From contig JBDRMG010000016.1 in NCBI GenBank assembly GCA_043812495.1, positions 66,137 to 130,136 of the forward strand: a stretch of DNA of 64,000 nt, written 5' to 3'. This DNA comes from Candidatus Omnitrophota bacterium. GTDB lineage: Bacteria > Omnitrophota > Gorgyraeia > Zapsychrales > JBDRMG01. This document shows positions 8,637 to 19,122 of this stretch, one piece after another (the first letter of the stretch is position 1; every line of letters starts with the position of its first letter). A program made the position numbers and the translations under genes. The notes under the pieces were generated by a model. The model did not search any database. It was not told the DNA's origin and saw nothing but the letters and a program-made list of their open reading frames with translations.

Positions 8637-10430
8637 TTACATTTGGAACTGTGTTTCGTAGAGTCTCTTATAAAGAGTGCACATTTTTAATAATTCATCG
8701 TGCGTCCCCAGCCCATCAATTTCACCGCTGCGAAGCACGACAATTTTGTCAGCCTTCTTGATCGTGGATAATCGATGGGCAATGCAAATAACTGTGCGGC
8801 CCTTCATCAATTTATCTAAGGCCTCCTGAACAAAACGTTCCGATTCAGAGTCCAGCTGGGATGTCGCTTCATCCAAAATCAGCAGGGGAGGATTCTTAAG
8901 AATAGCGCGAGCAATGGCAATGCGCTGCTTTTCCCCTCCGGATAAGCGAAAACCGCGGTCGCCAATAAACGTATCATAGCCTTGCGGCATATCGACAATG
9001 AATCGATGGGCAAATGCCTTTCGGGCCGCCTCCTCCACATCTTCTTGGGAAGCCTCTAGATGACCATAGGCAATATTGGCCTTGACCGTATCGTTGAAAA
9101 GAATCGTTTCTTGAGTCACAATACCAGTTTGACCGCGCAATGACTTAAAAGAAACCTCCCGTAGATCAATACCATCAATTGTCATTCTTCCTTTTGTGGG
9201 ATCATAAAAGCGCGGGATCAAATTCACCAGAGTGGTTTTTCCGGCACCCGTCGGACCGACAACGGCCACCAGCTCTCCGCATTTGATATCCAGATTGATG
9301 TTCTTTAAGACTTCCGCGGACTCTTGGTCATAGGAAAAGAAAATATTTTCCATTCTGATTTCATCATGAAGCGTATTCACTCTAATCGCGTTCGCTTTCT
9401 CGACAACGGTCGGTTCTGTTTCCAAAATATCGTAAATGCGCTCACTAGCCGCCAAAGCCCTTTGTGTAATGGCGTGCACATTGCTCAATTTCTTCAAAGG
9501 ACTGATAATTGACATCAAAGCGGCAAAAAAGAGAGCAAAGACGCCGAAAGAAATCGCGCCCTGAACCACCTGCTTTCCCATCCACCAAAAAACCAGAAGC
9601 CCGACGAAAACCCCGATAAACTCGGTAATCGGCGAAATAAGTAAAAGACGCATAATAGATTTCATTTTGACTTTAAAAAATTGTTGATTCTGGCTTTTGA
9701 AGCGATGCGATTCATAGTCTTCCATGCCAAAGGCCTTGACCACTCTCACGCCGGAAATGGTTTCGATCAGCAAGGAATTAATATCTGCGATTTTCTCCTG
9801 CTCGCTTTTAGATAATTTACGTAGCTTCTTGCCGATTTTGGACATGGGCCAGGCCACAAGCGGAAACAGAACAAAAACAATGAGAGCCAATTTGAGATGA
9901 ATCGAGAAAATAATAACGATAAAGATCAGGATGCGAAACGTCTGATAAAAAAGATCCGTAATGCCGTAGGATACCGCGTTTTCCACCAGAAGCACATCAT
10001 TGGTGATGCGAGCGATCAATTCTCCGGTTCGCTTCTTGCTAAAATAATCGATGGAGAGATTTTGGATTGTTTCATAAAGACGCGAGCGCATATCGCGCAT
10101 CACGCACTGGGAAACCAAGTTCATCAAATACCCGTGCCAGAAAGTAAAAAAGCCCTTCAGAAGAAAGATGGCCACAACAACCCAAACCATGATTTTAAGG
10201 AGAATAAGGGGATCAAGGGTATTGATTTGCCCTACAATCCCCGACAAAAACGCAGGCGCCTGGTCAGGTAAAATAATCTTGGTTTTGGAGAGAATTTTGT
10301 CGGTAATGGGAACAATAAGCGAAAGCTGAAAACCGTCAAAAACAGCCGACAACATCATGCAAATGACGGCCAAAACAAGGATTTTGACATGCCCTCGGAT
10401 AAATTGTATTAGCTTAAGATAACTTTTCAT
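8637..10430 (-). CDS. msbA: MsbA-like lipid A export ABC transporter
   Basis: TMD plus GPTGAGKT, LSGGEKQR, LDEATS; divergent from lpxB. Confidence 0.8.
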   Translation of the reverse strand: MKSYLKLIQFIRGHVKILVLAVICMMLSAVFDGFQLSLIVPITDKILSKTKIILPDQAPAFLSGIVGQINTLDPLILLKIMVWVVVAIFLLKGFFTFWHGYLMNLVSQCVMRDMRSRLYETIQNLSIDYFSKKRTGELIARITNDVLLVENAVSYGITDLFYQTFRILIFIVIIFSIHLKLALIVFVLFPLVAWPMSKIGKKLRKLSKSEQEKIADINSLLIETISGVRVVKAFGMEDYESHRFKSQNQQFFKVKMKSIMRLLLISPITEFIGVFVGLLVFWWMGKQVVQGAISFGVFALFFAALMSIISPLKKLSNVHAITQRALAASERIYDILETEPTVVEKANAIRVNTLHDEIRMENIFFSYDQESAEVLKNINLDIKCGELVAVVGPTGAGKTTLVNLIPRFYDPTKGRMTIDGIDLREVSFKSLRGQTGIVTQETILFNDTVKANIAYGHLEASQEDVEEAARKAFAHRFIVDMPQGYDTFIGDRGFRLSGGEKQRIAIARAILKNPPLLILDEATSQLDSESERFVQEALDKLMKGRTVICIAHRLSTIKKADKIVVLRSGEIDGLGTHDELLKMCTLYKRLYETQFQM

Positions 10431-10648
10431 AAGGATTTCTCGCAACGGACATTCAGGTCATCATCTTGCCAAAATCAATTTCGGTCATTGTGAGGAACCT
10501 GCGCTTAAAGCGGATATCGCGAGGTATTAGCGGTGAATAATAGCATATACATTGACTTTTGTCGAGCGATTTGTTATAGTGCAGAAAACGTAATTAACTG
10601 GCTCTCATTAAGATCGGAGATAATCGTGCGCTTTAAGGAAGGTCACAT

Positions 10649-11581
10649 ATGGCTAAGGTAAAGATTGCCGTTATCGGTATCGGCCACTTAGGCTCAAGGC
10701 ACCTTAAGGTCTACAGCGAGCTTAAGCATAAAGTGCAAATTGTCGGAATTTACGATATTAAGCAAGACCGGGCTAAAAAATTTGCCGAGCATTACGGTGT
10801 CCAATTATACGCCAACCATAAGGACCTTTGCGCAAAGGTCGATGCCGTCAGTATTTGCGTACCGACGATTAATCATTTCTCCGTGGCCAAGGATTTTCTT
10901 GAAAGCGGCCATCATGTCCTGGTCGAAAAACCCATCACCCATACCGTTCAAGAAGCCGCTCAACTTATTGATCTTGCCGAACAAAAGAAATGCAAGCTTC
11001 AGGTCGGCCATATCGAACGTTTTAATTCGGCTTTTCAGGGCATTGTCAAATTTACAAAAAATCCTCTTTTTATCGAATGTCATCGCCTGAACCGTTTTCC
11101 CAATCGCTCATTGGATATCGGTGTCATTATGGATCTTATGATCCACGATATTGATATCATCTTGGGTCTTGTGCGCTCTGAGGTCAAAGAAATTCGGGCC
11201 GTCGGCGTTCCTGTTTTGACGCCTTTAGAGGATATCGCCAATTGCCGCTTAACCTTTGCCAACGGCTGCGTCTGTAATCTCACGGCCAGCCGCATCTCGG
11301 ATGATGTTACGCGTAAAATCCGCATCTTTCTTAAAGACACCTATATTTCATTGGATTATGTCGAGCAGCAGGCCTATATTTACCGAAAGTACGGCCGGCT
11401 TATTTCTAAACATGCCCTTCCGATCGAAAAAGAAGAACCTCTCAAAAAAGAGCTCGAATCTTTCATCGATTGTATTTTGAAAAATAAACGTCCTCTCATT
11501 TCCGGACTCGAGGGTAAAGAAGCCCTGGAGCTGGCCCTCAAAATTACCAAAGCCGTATGGAAAAATCCACTACCCATTTAA
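10649..11581 (+). CDS. gnnA: Gfo/Idh/MocA oxidoreductase, probably GnnA (UDP-GlcNAc 3-dehydrogenase)
   Basis: GIGHLG, VEKP, GHIERFN, DLMIHDID; overlaps lpxB. Confidence 0.7.
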   Translation: MAKVKIAVIGIGHLGSRHLKVYSELKHKVQIVGIYDIKQDRAKKFAEHYGVQLYANHKDLCAKVDAVSICVPTINHFSVAKDFLESGHHVLVEKPITHTVQEAAQLIDLAEQKKCKLQVGHIERFNSAFQGIVKFTKNPLFIECHRLNRFPNRSLDIGVIMDLMIHDIDIILGLVRSEVKEIRAVGVPVLTPLEDIANCRLTFANGCVCNLTASRISDDVTRKIRIFLKDTYISLDYVEQQAYIYRKYGRLISKHALPIEKEEPLKKELESFIDCILKNKRPLISGLEGKEALELALKITKAVWKNPLPI

Positions 11582-12696
11582 TGATTGTTGCCGGCGAGGC
11601 CTCCGGCGATATGCATGCCGCGCACCTTGTGGATCAAATCAAGGCTCTTGATCCATCGATCACGTTCTCGGGTGTAGGCGGTCGAGCCATGGAAAAAAAC
11701 GGGGTTGAACTTTATAGTCACCTCGCCGACTTGGCGGTCGTAGGTTTTACGGAAGTTTTCAGGCACTTAGGAGAAATTCGAGCGGTCTTTCGTCTGATTT
11801 TGGATAAAGTCGATGAAACAAAGGCTCAGGCTGTGATTCTGGTTGATTTTCCGGGTTTCAATTTACGATTGGCCAAAGAATTAAAGAAGCGAGGGGTCAA
11901 GGTTTTTTATTACATCAGCCCTCAGGTCTGGGCGTGGAAAGAAAATCGCGTCAAGCTGATCAAAGAATACGTCGATGAAATGTTTGTTCTTTTTCCTTTC
12001 GAGGAAGAATTCTATCGAAAACATGATTACCCGGTGCATTTTGTGGGTCATCCGCTTTTGGATATGATTAAGCCCAAGATGTCTCGTGAACATTTGCTTT
12101 CTTCTCTTGGGCTTTCGTGCGATAAATTAACCATAGGAATTTTCCCGGGCTCGCGTAAAATCGAAATCGAGCGTCTTTTGCCTATCATGCTAGATACGGC
12201 TCGCATTCTTTCCCAGGAAAACAAAAATGTTCAATTTCTCCTTTCCCGCGCACCCACGATCACAAAAGAATTCATGGAAAAGCATATTCGGTTGACTGAC
12301 TTGCCGCTCAAAATCTTTGATCAGCCCGGTTACGACGGCCTTAATGCCTGCGATGTGTGCATGGTCACGTCCGGAACGGCAACTCTGGAAACAGCCATTC
12401 TAGAAAAACCTATGGTCGTGGTATATAAAACCTCGTTTCTTACGTATCTTTTAGCCAGGTTGTTTATTAAGATTCCCTACATCGGCCTTGTGAATGTTGT
12501 GGCCGGCAAGAAAATCGTGCCCGAGTGCATTCAATTCGAGGCAACGCCCAAAAATATTTCAACTCACCTTAAAGAAATTTTCACTAACGAAATCAAATCA
12601 GCTGAAACCCACTCGGAACTACAGAAGCTAAAAAACCTCCTGGGCGAACCCGGCGCCAGCCATCGGGCCGCCCGCAAAATCCTCGAGCTTATCTAA
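11557..12696 (+). CDS. lpxB: Lipid A disaccharide synthase
   Basis: VAGEASGD, DFPGFN, SPQVWAW, PGSR, SGTATLE. Confidence 0.96.
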   Translation: MEKSTTHLMIVAGEASGDMHAAHLVDQIKALDPSITFSGVGGRAMEKNGVELYSHLADLAVVGFTEVFRHLGEIRAVFRLILDKVDETKAQAVILVDFPGFNLRLAKELKKRGVKVFYYISPQVWAWKENRVKLIKEYVDEMFVLFPFEEEFYRKHDYPVHFVGHPLLDMIKPKMSREHLLSSLGLSCDKLTIGIFPGSRKIEIERLLPIMLDTARILSQENKNVQFLLSRAPTITKEFMEKHIRLTDLPLKIFDQPGYDGLNACDVCMVTSGTATLETAILEKPMVVVYKTSFLTYLLARLFIKIPYIGLVNVVAGKKIVPECIQFEATPKNISTHLKEIFTNEIKSAETHSELQKLKNLLGEPGASHRAARKILELI

Positions 12697-12708
12697 TTAA
12701 TTCCTAAA

Positions 12709-15700
12709 TTATTTCAAATAGACATCAATACGGTCGGCCTTATTGTCGCGTATATCATTGGCAAAAGGCGAGGGGATAAAACCGGAAGATATTGTGACGG
12801 GGTCGCGGTGATCGGCGTACGCAATAACAATACGCTCAATCGACGCTTTGTTGTCGCCGAACGTATCCCGACGCTTGGGATTATGATAAACCACCAAGGT
12901 CGAGCCGAGAAAATTAAAAGCATAGGTATTTTTGGGAAGGACGATTTCCCGCTGAAGGCGATTTTTATCAAAATAAATTGTCTTTGTTTCTTGTTTTGTG
13001 AATAGCCACTTGGGCAATACCGGTTTAAACGCTAGTTCAAGATTTCCTTTCGGATCCAAGAAAAATGGAGCATCTCCCACATTCATCAAAAGCCAAATAT
13101 GCAGCCATTCGGCGGTGGTTCCGCTCAATCGTGCTACAAATCCACGGCCATGAAGACTTGCGTCTTCGTGGGCGCTGCTGACGATAAAGGAGGAACTCTC
13201 CAAAATACTGCGGCCGTATTTCTTCGGATCCATAAAAGGCACAAGAGTATATTTAAAATTCTTATAAAACTCGTCATACAATCCGAATTTGAGCAATTCA
13301 AGAAGGAATTTGTTCTCCATATGCATCCAGATCGATTGGTTCTCAAGCCAGCCCGCCGGAAAAACACTGGCCCGCCCGATCTCGGCTGATTCGCGGGATA
13401 AATCGTCATTGACGCGGTACATCTTGAGTTTTTTATCAAACAGAGGGCTGTGGCGGACGTTTTGATAAAGAGTGCGCGCCTTGATCTGGTCGTTCTGCAC
13501 TCTCAGGGCATGGACAAATCCTTCCAAGAAAAGAGGCAAAGCTTTTTTCTGGAAATTCAACGGGACAATATATGCGAGGCCGTCGGGATTAACCTTGTCC
13601 AATGTTTCATAATCTGTGATTTCATGGATAAAATAGGTCACGCACAAGCCATGCTTATTTTGGGCCAAGGCAATGGCTTTATCCGTTTTTTGGATCACCA
13701 GCTGCAAGAACCGGTCAATGACCGAAACAGGCATGGACCGTTCGACCCCGTCAATGCCTTGTTCCGTGCGGCGTCGATAATGTTCCTTGATTTCGTTGGA
13801 GTGACGCCAATAGACCAGCGGATCTTTTTGCGTAGTCAACAAATCATTGAGCCCGGAAATAAAACTCAAAAGTTCGTCATACATCCGCACTTCGGTGTGT
13901 CCATCCAGTTTCATGTCTTTGAATGAATGGCGGATGAACTGACAAAGCCTTTTCAGCTCAAATGTCTCGGAAATGGATGACCCCATCAGGCCCGGTAAAC
14001 CGTTGAGGGCGTCATACCAATTGGGCTTGTCCGCTTCCATTTCGATACCGACTCCGCTGGGATCAAGGGTGGCGGCTTTATTCGCCACAAGACACAAGAG
14101 CTTAACGAGGAGGCACGTAAAATAAACCGGGCCCTGCCCGCCATTGGTCCTGAGCTTATGGTCAAAAGCCTCCGTTACGACTTCATGACCTTTATCCACG
14201 ACAGAATGATATTGCCGGGGACCGTGATTCGTCAAAACATACCTTTGGTCCCGGGGCAGCACATGATGGGTATTGTGATAAAAGCTGAAGGCTTTTTTGT
14301 TAAGAAGCAGATTTCGTCTTTCTTCCGGATAAAGAGCGAGAAAGCGCTCGATCAAATCGAGATTATAAGTCCAGTGATCGGTCCAAAATCCTTCGCCGTG
14401 TTCAGCCAGTTCATGTTTATGGCAATAGCTCAAGAGTTCCTTCAAGAACTTCTGAGGTGACGTTTTGAGTTTTATATCATAATCATCGATTGACTTCAAA
14501 AGCGCCCCAGGGCAAAAACCTACTTTCAGAAGTTCTTTGACAAAATTTTTTCCTCGGCCAAGGATAAATTGATTAACGATGGCCTCGATCCTTGCCGGAC
14601 TGTCCAAAGAGAAAACATTCCCCTTGATGACTAATGGATTATACCCGTCGGCTTGAATCAGGCTCAGGAAATTCACGATATGGTTGTCTTTGACATCACG
14701 GTTAAACCACACGTCGTTGCGTCTGTTTTGGTTGACATCACGGTAATTTCCGTTGCCTTGAGAAAGATAGGTGGGATTCAGAATAAAATTATTGTAGTCG
14801 CGCTCAAGATCTCCGTGCTTACGGCTGTAGACATTAAAAACAATTTTTCCCTCTTGGGTCTCAAGCGCAAGAGGCAAGCCTCCGCGCATAACGTTATCCA
14901 AAAAGGTCTGTTGGCAATATTGATTGAAGGCCGCTGAGGAGCTTGACGTAAAGCAGTTATTTTTGATCTCTTGGATAAGGCGTTGATTTTCTTTGGCTTT
15001 ATGATCAATAAAATTTTTATTTCTTGCGCGCGCCAGTATTTTCTGAACCATAGCCACGGAATGCGTATGGCCAAACAGCGAAGTGATTCTTTCTTTCTTT
15101 TTTCCAGGCAAAGCAAAAGAGGCAAATGTCATGGCGCACAAAGAACGATTGCTGCTTTTTTGTTTCAAGGGAACTTTGAAAAGATTCCGGCCCATAAAAG
15201 CTTCGGGCACAAGAAAGTCGGTTGAATTGCCAAACACACTCAGAGGATCAATGATCGGATTCAACGGTTTTGGTTTCCGGCCTTCGTGCAAAAGACTAAA
15301 ATAAAAATGGCCTTCGCTGATGGATTTGACCTGCGGCCGGTCCGAAATAACCACTTTGAGATTATAATAGGGGGCTTTGTTTTCGAGATTCAAAACCTGT
15401 TTCCATGCTTCAACGGTGTGCGAAATATCTTTTTGCAGGCGGTCGATTAAACCGAACGGAATAATCTCCGGCATCCCGTCAATGACCTCAAGCGTTACTC
15501 TTTTTGTTCCAACATTTTCGATGGTGACATCCCGCACCAAAGCGGCATAGGGCTCTTCAGGTAAGGTAAAATAATTGACACGAACCACCAGCCCCAAGGT
15601 CACATTGGTCTCTTCAATCGTTAAATCATGGGAGGTGATCATCATCCGCTGCTTACGCTTAAATGCCCCGTTGGAAAGATTGTTCTGAAATGGTTCGTAA

Positions 15701-15996
15701 AGAATGGGTTTTCGCCCCTTTTTGATTTTAATGAATGTCCGGAAACCCTGTAAAGACGTTAACCGGTAAGCCTTGTTGGCCGGTTGGAATTCCATAATCG
15801 CCTTGTCTTTTCCTTCAACGCCGAAGCTAGCGATGCACTGGCCGCGGTTGACCGTGAACACCCACATGGGGATGCCCCAAAGACCGGCGATGCCCGGGAA
15901 GAAATTGCTGAAGGGCTCGGCATCATTATAATTCTCAATGATAAACCGGCCTTGCTCATCAAGATAATAGGATACGTTTTTTGCTTTATTCTTCAT
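12709..15996 (-). CDS. Large glycoside phosphorylase, GH161-like (beta-1,3-glucan phosphorylase family)
   Basis: PGIAGLWGIPMW..VNRGQ, SRKHGDLERDYN, QGNGNYRDVNQNRR, WTDHWTY, DALNGLPG, GWLEN; motifs recalled from GH161 sequences. Confidence 0.75.
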   Translation of the reverse strand: MKNKAKNVSYYLDEQGRFIIENYNDAEPFSNFFPGIAGLWGIPMWVFTVNRGQCIASFGVEGKDKAIMEFQPANKAYRLTSLQGFRTFIKIKKGRKPILYEPFQNNLSNGAFKRKQRMMITSHDLTIEETNVTLGLVVRVNYFTLPEEPYAALVRDVTIENVGTKRVTLEVIDGMPEIIPFGLIDRLQKDISHTVEAWKQVLNLENKAPYYNLKVVISDRPQVKSISEGHFYFSLLHEGRKPKPLNPIIDPLSVFGNSTDFLVPEAFMGRNLFKVPLKQKSSNRSLCAMTFASFALPGKKKERITSLFGHTHSVAMVQKILARARNKNFIDHKAKENQRLIQEIKNNCFTSSSSAAFNQYCQQTFLDNVMRGGLPLALETQEGKIVFNVYSRKHGDLERDYNNFILNPTYLSQGNGNYRDVNQNRRNDVWFNRDVKDNHIVNFLSLIQADGYNPLVIKGNVFSLDSPARIEAIVNQFILGRGKNFVKELLKVGFCPGALLKSIDDYDIKLKTSPQKFLKELLSYCHKHELAEHGEGFWTDHWTYNLDLIERFLALYPEERRNLLLNKKAFSFYHNTHHVLPRDQRYVLTNHGPRQYHSVVDKGHEVVTEAFDHKLRTNGGQGPVYFTCLLVKLLCLVANKAATLDPSGVGIEMEADKPNWYDALNGLPGLMGSSISETFELKRLCQFIRHSFKDMKLDGHTEVRMYDELLSFISGLNDLLTTQKDPLVYWRHSNEIKEHYRRRTEQGIDGVERSMPVSVIDRFLQLVIQKTDKAIALAQNKHGLCVTYFIHEITDYETLDKVNPDGLAYIVPLNFQKKALPLFLEGFVHALRVQNDQIKARTLYQNVRHSPLFDKKLKMYRVNDDLSRESAEIGRASVFPAGWLENQSIWMHMENKFLLELLKFGLYDEFYKNFKYTLVPFMDPKKYGRSILESSSFIVSSAHEDASLHGRGFVARLSGTTAEWLHIWLLMNVGDAPFFLDPKGNLELAFKPVLPKWLFTKQETKTIYFDKNRLQREIVLPKNTYAFNFLGSTLVVYHNPKRRDTFGDNKASIERIVIAYADHRDPVTISSGFIPSPFANDIRDNKADRIDVYLK

Positions 15997-16059
15997 TAGA
16001 CTACTTTTTGTTATGGGTTAATAGATATAAAATCATGTTACCTAAAAAACTGACCCTGG

Positions 16060-16845
16060 TCAATAGGGAGACCGGAATTGTCGAAACAGGTTATAGTAAC
16101 CTGAAAATTTCATAAAAAGATAATCGATTCTATTGTCCTTATCACTTAGGCGTACGCGGTTGAGTTCATACACATCTTTATTGAGGTGGTCATAGCCTCG
16201 GTTGGTCGCGCACGCGCCCCTATAGCCGCTTTTTTGCACAATCTTCTTGATGGTCTCGGTAAAGCCGCCCGATGGATAGGCAAAACAACAGACCAGATGA
16301 CCCAACTTCTTCTCCAAAATCTCCTTACTGAGCTTGATCTGTCTCTCTTGTTCCGCAAGGGAAACAGAGGGCAAATACGTCTGATCGAGCGTGTGGCTGC
16401 CGATATCGATTCCGTTTTTTTCCATTTCAAGAATCTGCTCCCATGTTAATTTATCGTCGTCTCCGATCTGATCGACCGCCACAAAAATGGTCGCCGGAAA
16501 GTTGTACTTTTTAAGAACTTTAAACGCGTGAGTATAATTATCACGATAACCGTCATCAAAGGTAATCACAACGGATTTTCGCGACAAAGGATTCTTCGTT
16601 TCTATGGCATCGATCAGCTCTTGAAGGCTAATCACCCGATATCCGTGCGTCTTTAAAAATTCCATGTGCCAGGCAAAGCGTTCGGGACTGGTAATGTTGG
16701 GAACGGGTGTATCGACATAATTGATGCTGTGATACATGATAATCGGGACCGTGTATTTGTCGGAGAGCCAGAAAAAAGCACCGGCCACCGCAAGAATCAA
16801 TGCGAGACATAAAATAAGGAGGGTTTTTTTGAGTTTTCGTATCAT
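16060..16845 (-). CDS. Membrane-anchored polysaccharide deacetylase (CE4/NodB)
   Basis: MYH, TFDDG, GSHT, FAYP; N-terminal TM. Confidence 0.88.
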   Translation of the reverse strand: MIRKLKKTLLILCLALILAVAGAFFWLSDKYTVPIIMYHSINYVDTPVPNITSPERFAWHMEFLKTHGYRVISLQELIDAIETKNPLSRKSVVITFDDGYRDNYTHAFKVLKKYNFPATIFVAVDQIGDDDKLTWEQILEMEKNGIDIGSHTLDQTYLPSVSLAEQERQIKLSKEILEKKLGHLVCCFAYPSGGFTETIKKIVQKSGYRGACATNRGYDHLNKDVYELNRVRLSDKDNRIDYLFMKFSGYYNLFRQFRSPY

Positions 16846-16858
16846 AAGGTTTTGTCGA

Positions 16859-17308
16859 TTACATCTGGGTGAGGATCTGTTTGACAAGATCGCTGACTGT
16901 TTTGCCATCGGCCCGACCAGCGGTCTTGGATGTCACGATTTTCATGACTTTGCCCATATCTTTGATGGATGTGGCGCCGGCTTCCTGGATCGCTTCTTCA
17001 ACAATTTTTTTCAATTCTTCTTTGGGCATTTCCGGAGGCAAATAACTCTTAAGAATCGCCATTTCATTTTTTTCTTTTTCGACCAAATCCTGCCGTCCCC
17101 CTTTTTCAAACTGTTCAATACCTTCTTGTCTTTGCTTCACAAGCTTTTTGAGGACGGGCAAGCACTCGGAGTCATCCAGTTTGTCCTTCTTTTTCTCAAT
17201 CAGGACGTTCTTGAGCTGGGCTCTCAAAAAACTCAAGGTTGAACTCCTTAAAGTATCTTTGTCTTTCATCGCCTGTTTGTAATCCGCTGTGATTTTTTCC
17301 TCGAGCAT
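16859..17308 (-). CDS. yqeY: GatB/YqeY domain protein
   Basis: KQRQEGIEQF..GGRQDL, YLP, DMGKVM, GRADG. Confidence 0.92.
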   Translation of the reverse strand: MLEEKITADYKQAMKDKDTLRSSTLSFLRAQLKNVLIEKKKDKLDDSECLPVLKKLVKQRQEGIEQFEKGGRQDLVEKEKNEMAILKSYLPPEMPKEELKKIVEEAIQEAGATSIKDMGKVMKIVTSKTAGRADGKTVSDLVKQILTQM

Positions 17309-17318
17309 GATTTTCTCC

Positions 17319-17519
17319 TTCAATGAATGCCGAACTTATGGAGCGAGTGAAACGAGCGAACATAAGTTCGTGCATGAATTGAACCCCGCACCTTTTATTT
17401 ATTCAAACATTTTAAAGACGCACGTCTTCAAGGTATTTGAATGAGAAAAAAGGTGCGGGGTCTAAGTCGGCCGCAGACTTACGTCGCTATCGCTCCGTAA
17501 GTTTTGGCCTCCTAAGACC
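17319..17519. repeat. Cluster of palindromic modules: GA-capped element (17319-17383), ACCCCGCACC IR module (17383-17461) and an inverted GA-capped element (17459-17519)
   Basis: Direct reading; modules shared with 572-686, 44833-44917 and others. Confidence 0.88.
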
Positions 17520-17533
17520 TCCTTATGCGAATA

Positions 17534-17755
17534 TTAAATTTCAATTATCTTAATTGTTTTACGTCTTGATTTCAATCCTTTTATCATTTCTATGCGGCTT
17601 TTGGGTACATGAAATTCCTGCGCGAGAAGCTCGCACACGAGCTTATTGGCCTTTCCATCCTGAGCCGGCGCCGTGCAATATACTTTAAACCCATCGTGTT
17701 CTTTTTTGATAAGATTTTTCTTAGCACCGGCAATAACTTTAATATCTATCTGCAC
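17534..17755 (-). CDS. DUF167/YggU family protein
   Basis: APAQDGKAN, G.KSR.K; GTG start with GAGGGG SD. Confidence 0.85.
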   Translation of the reverse strand: MQIDIKVIAGAKKNLIKKEHDGFKVYCTAPAQDGKANKLVCELLAQEFHVPKSRIEMIKGLKSRRKTIKIIEI

Positions 17756-17757
17756 GT

Positions 17758-18522
17758 TTAAAACCCCTCGAAGCGATTCAACTCTCTGGCATGACCTTTC
17801 AGCCACCGTTGGCATTTCTGATAATCCGGAAGTATTTGCTTCACTTCAAACCAGAACTGTCTGGAATGATTAGCGACTTTGGCATGGCAGAGCTCATGCA
17901 CAATCAAATAATCCATAACGTCCAAAGGCGCCATGATAATTTTCCAATTGATATTAAGGACACCCGTCTTCTGGCTAAAACTCCCCCAAATCGTCTTGTG
18001 CTTTTTAATGATCACTTTCTTGAACTTGATGCCTAGCGCATGGGCATGATACAACGTCCGTTCTTCTATCCGTGTCTTGGCCTCATGCCTATACCATCTC
18101 ATTAATTGGTCTTTGAGGGCAATGGACCAATCCTGCCCTTGATCATGATTGCTGAAAAACAAAATCTTCCGATCGTGATCGGCGATCATGCAGGAAGGCC
18201 TTTCGTCCCCCTTTTGTGCCATTAACGTATATTCTTGACCGAGAAAAAAAACCTGATCGCCTTCTTGTAAATGTCTTTGCGGATGTGAAAAAACTTCTTT
18301 TTGCATTTGTTCAATCTTGCGAAAAACCCATTGCGCTTTCTGGCCGACAAATTTATCGATTTCATTGAGGGCAACAAAGCGCGGCGACATGACCCTCACT
18401 TCCCCTTTCGGATTGATCCTGATTTCCATAGTCTTTCTTCTTTTTGTCCGGACAAGCAAATACTGGAGTGAGCCCTTAGAAGAGGATATGCATCTATGAC
18501 TTTCTTGACTTATCTTTTTCAT
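17758..18522 (-). CDS. YgjP/DUF45 zinc-dependent hydrolase
   Basis: WGS, DYLIVHELCH, NHS..FW. Confidence 0.88.
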   Translation of the reverse strand: MKKISQESHRCISSSKGSLQYLLVRTKRRKTMEIRINPKGEVRVMSPRFVALNEIDKFVGQKAQWVFRKIEQMQKEVFSHPQRHLQEGDQVFFLGQEYTLMAQKGDERPSCMIADHDRKILFFSNHDQGQDWSIALKDQLMRWYRHEAKTRIEERTLYHAHALGIKFKKVIIKKHKTIWGSFSQKTGVLNINWKIIMAPLDVMDYLIVHELCHAKVANHSRQFWFEVKQILPDYQKCQRWLKGHARELNRFEGF

Positions 18523-19058
18523 GGGACCGGTTGTGGCGGTTGAATTCTGTATTCATTGGGATTGTAGGGTGAGTCTTTTTTGATCTTGAATGTCAGAATA
18601 TCGATAACATTTTTAGGATCAATGGTATGGACATACCATTCTTTGGTTCTTAAATCATAAATCAAATCCCACTTGAGGATGGACGTGATGATTCTTGTGA
18701 TTCCGCCGATGTCATCGACAAAAATGGTATACTCTTGCGCGGGACGAACGCGTAATTGATCTCCCCGCGGATCATAGATGAGTCCATTGATGATTTTTCG
18801 GCTCCATAGGGCCGAATCCAATCCAATATCGCTGAATCGTGCCGTGCCTTCTGAAGCCGCATACACTCCCTTATTTTTAAAATAATCTTCAAGATAACCG
18901 ATGAGCATCTTGACCCTGGCTTGAAATAAGACGGCAAACTGTTCGCAATCAATCTCTTGATTTTGGCCGTACACAGAAGGCACCAGACAATTTGCGCTCA
19001 ATAGGACAAAGAGTATAATTAAAATATATTTCATAGGAACATTGTACAGGCTGTTCAT
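18519..19058 (-). CDS. Hypothetical secreted protein
   Basis: Signal-peptide-like N-terminus; overlaps the next start codon. Confidence 0.6.
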   Translation of the reverse strand: MNSLYNVPMKYILIILFVLLSANCLVPSVYGQNQEIDCEQFAVLFQARVKMLIGYLEDYFKNKGVYAASEGTARFSDIGLDSALWSRKIINGLIYDPRGDQLRVRPAQEYTIFVDDIGGITRIITSILKWDLIYDLRTKEWYVHTIDPKNVIDILTFKIKKDSPYNPNEYRIQPPQPVP

Positions 19059-19122
19059 GGACGAAACAAGAAAAATTGTCCGTATGATCGCCTAAAAAGG
19101 AAAGGAATGCGGATAGGCTGAC

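Noticed and set aside
17319-17519. CRISPR array
   Set aside because: These are inverted modules, not regularly spaced direct repeats with unique spacers, and there is no cas operon.
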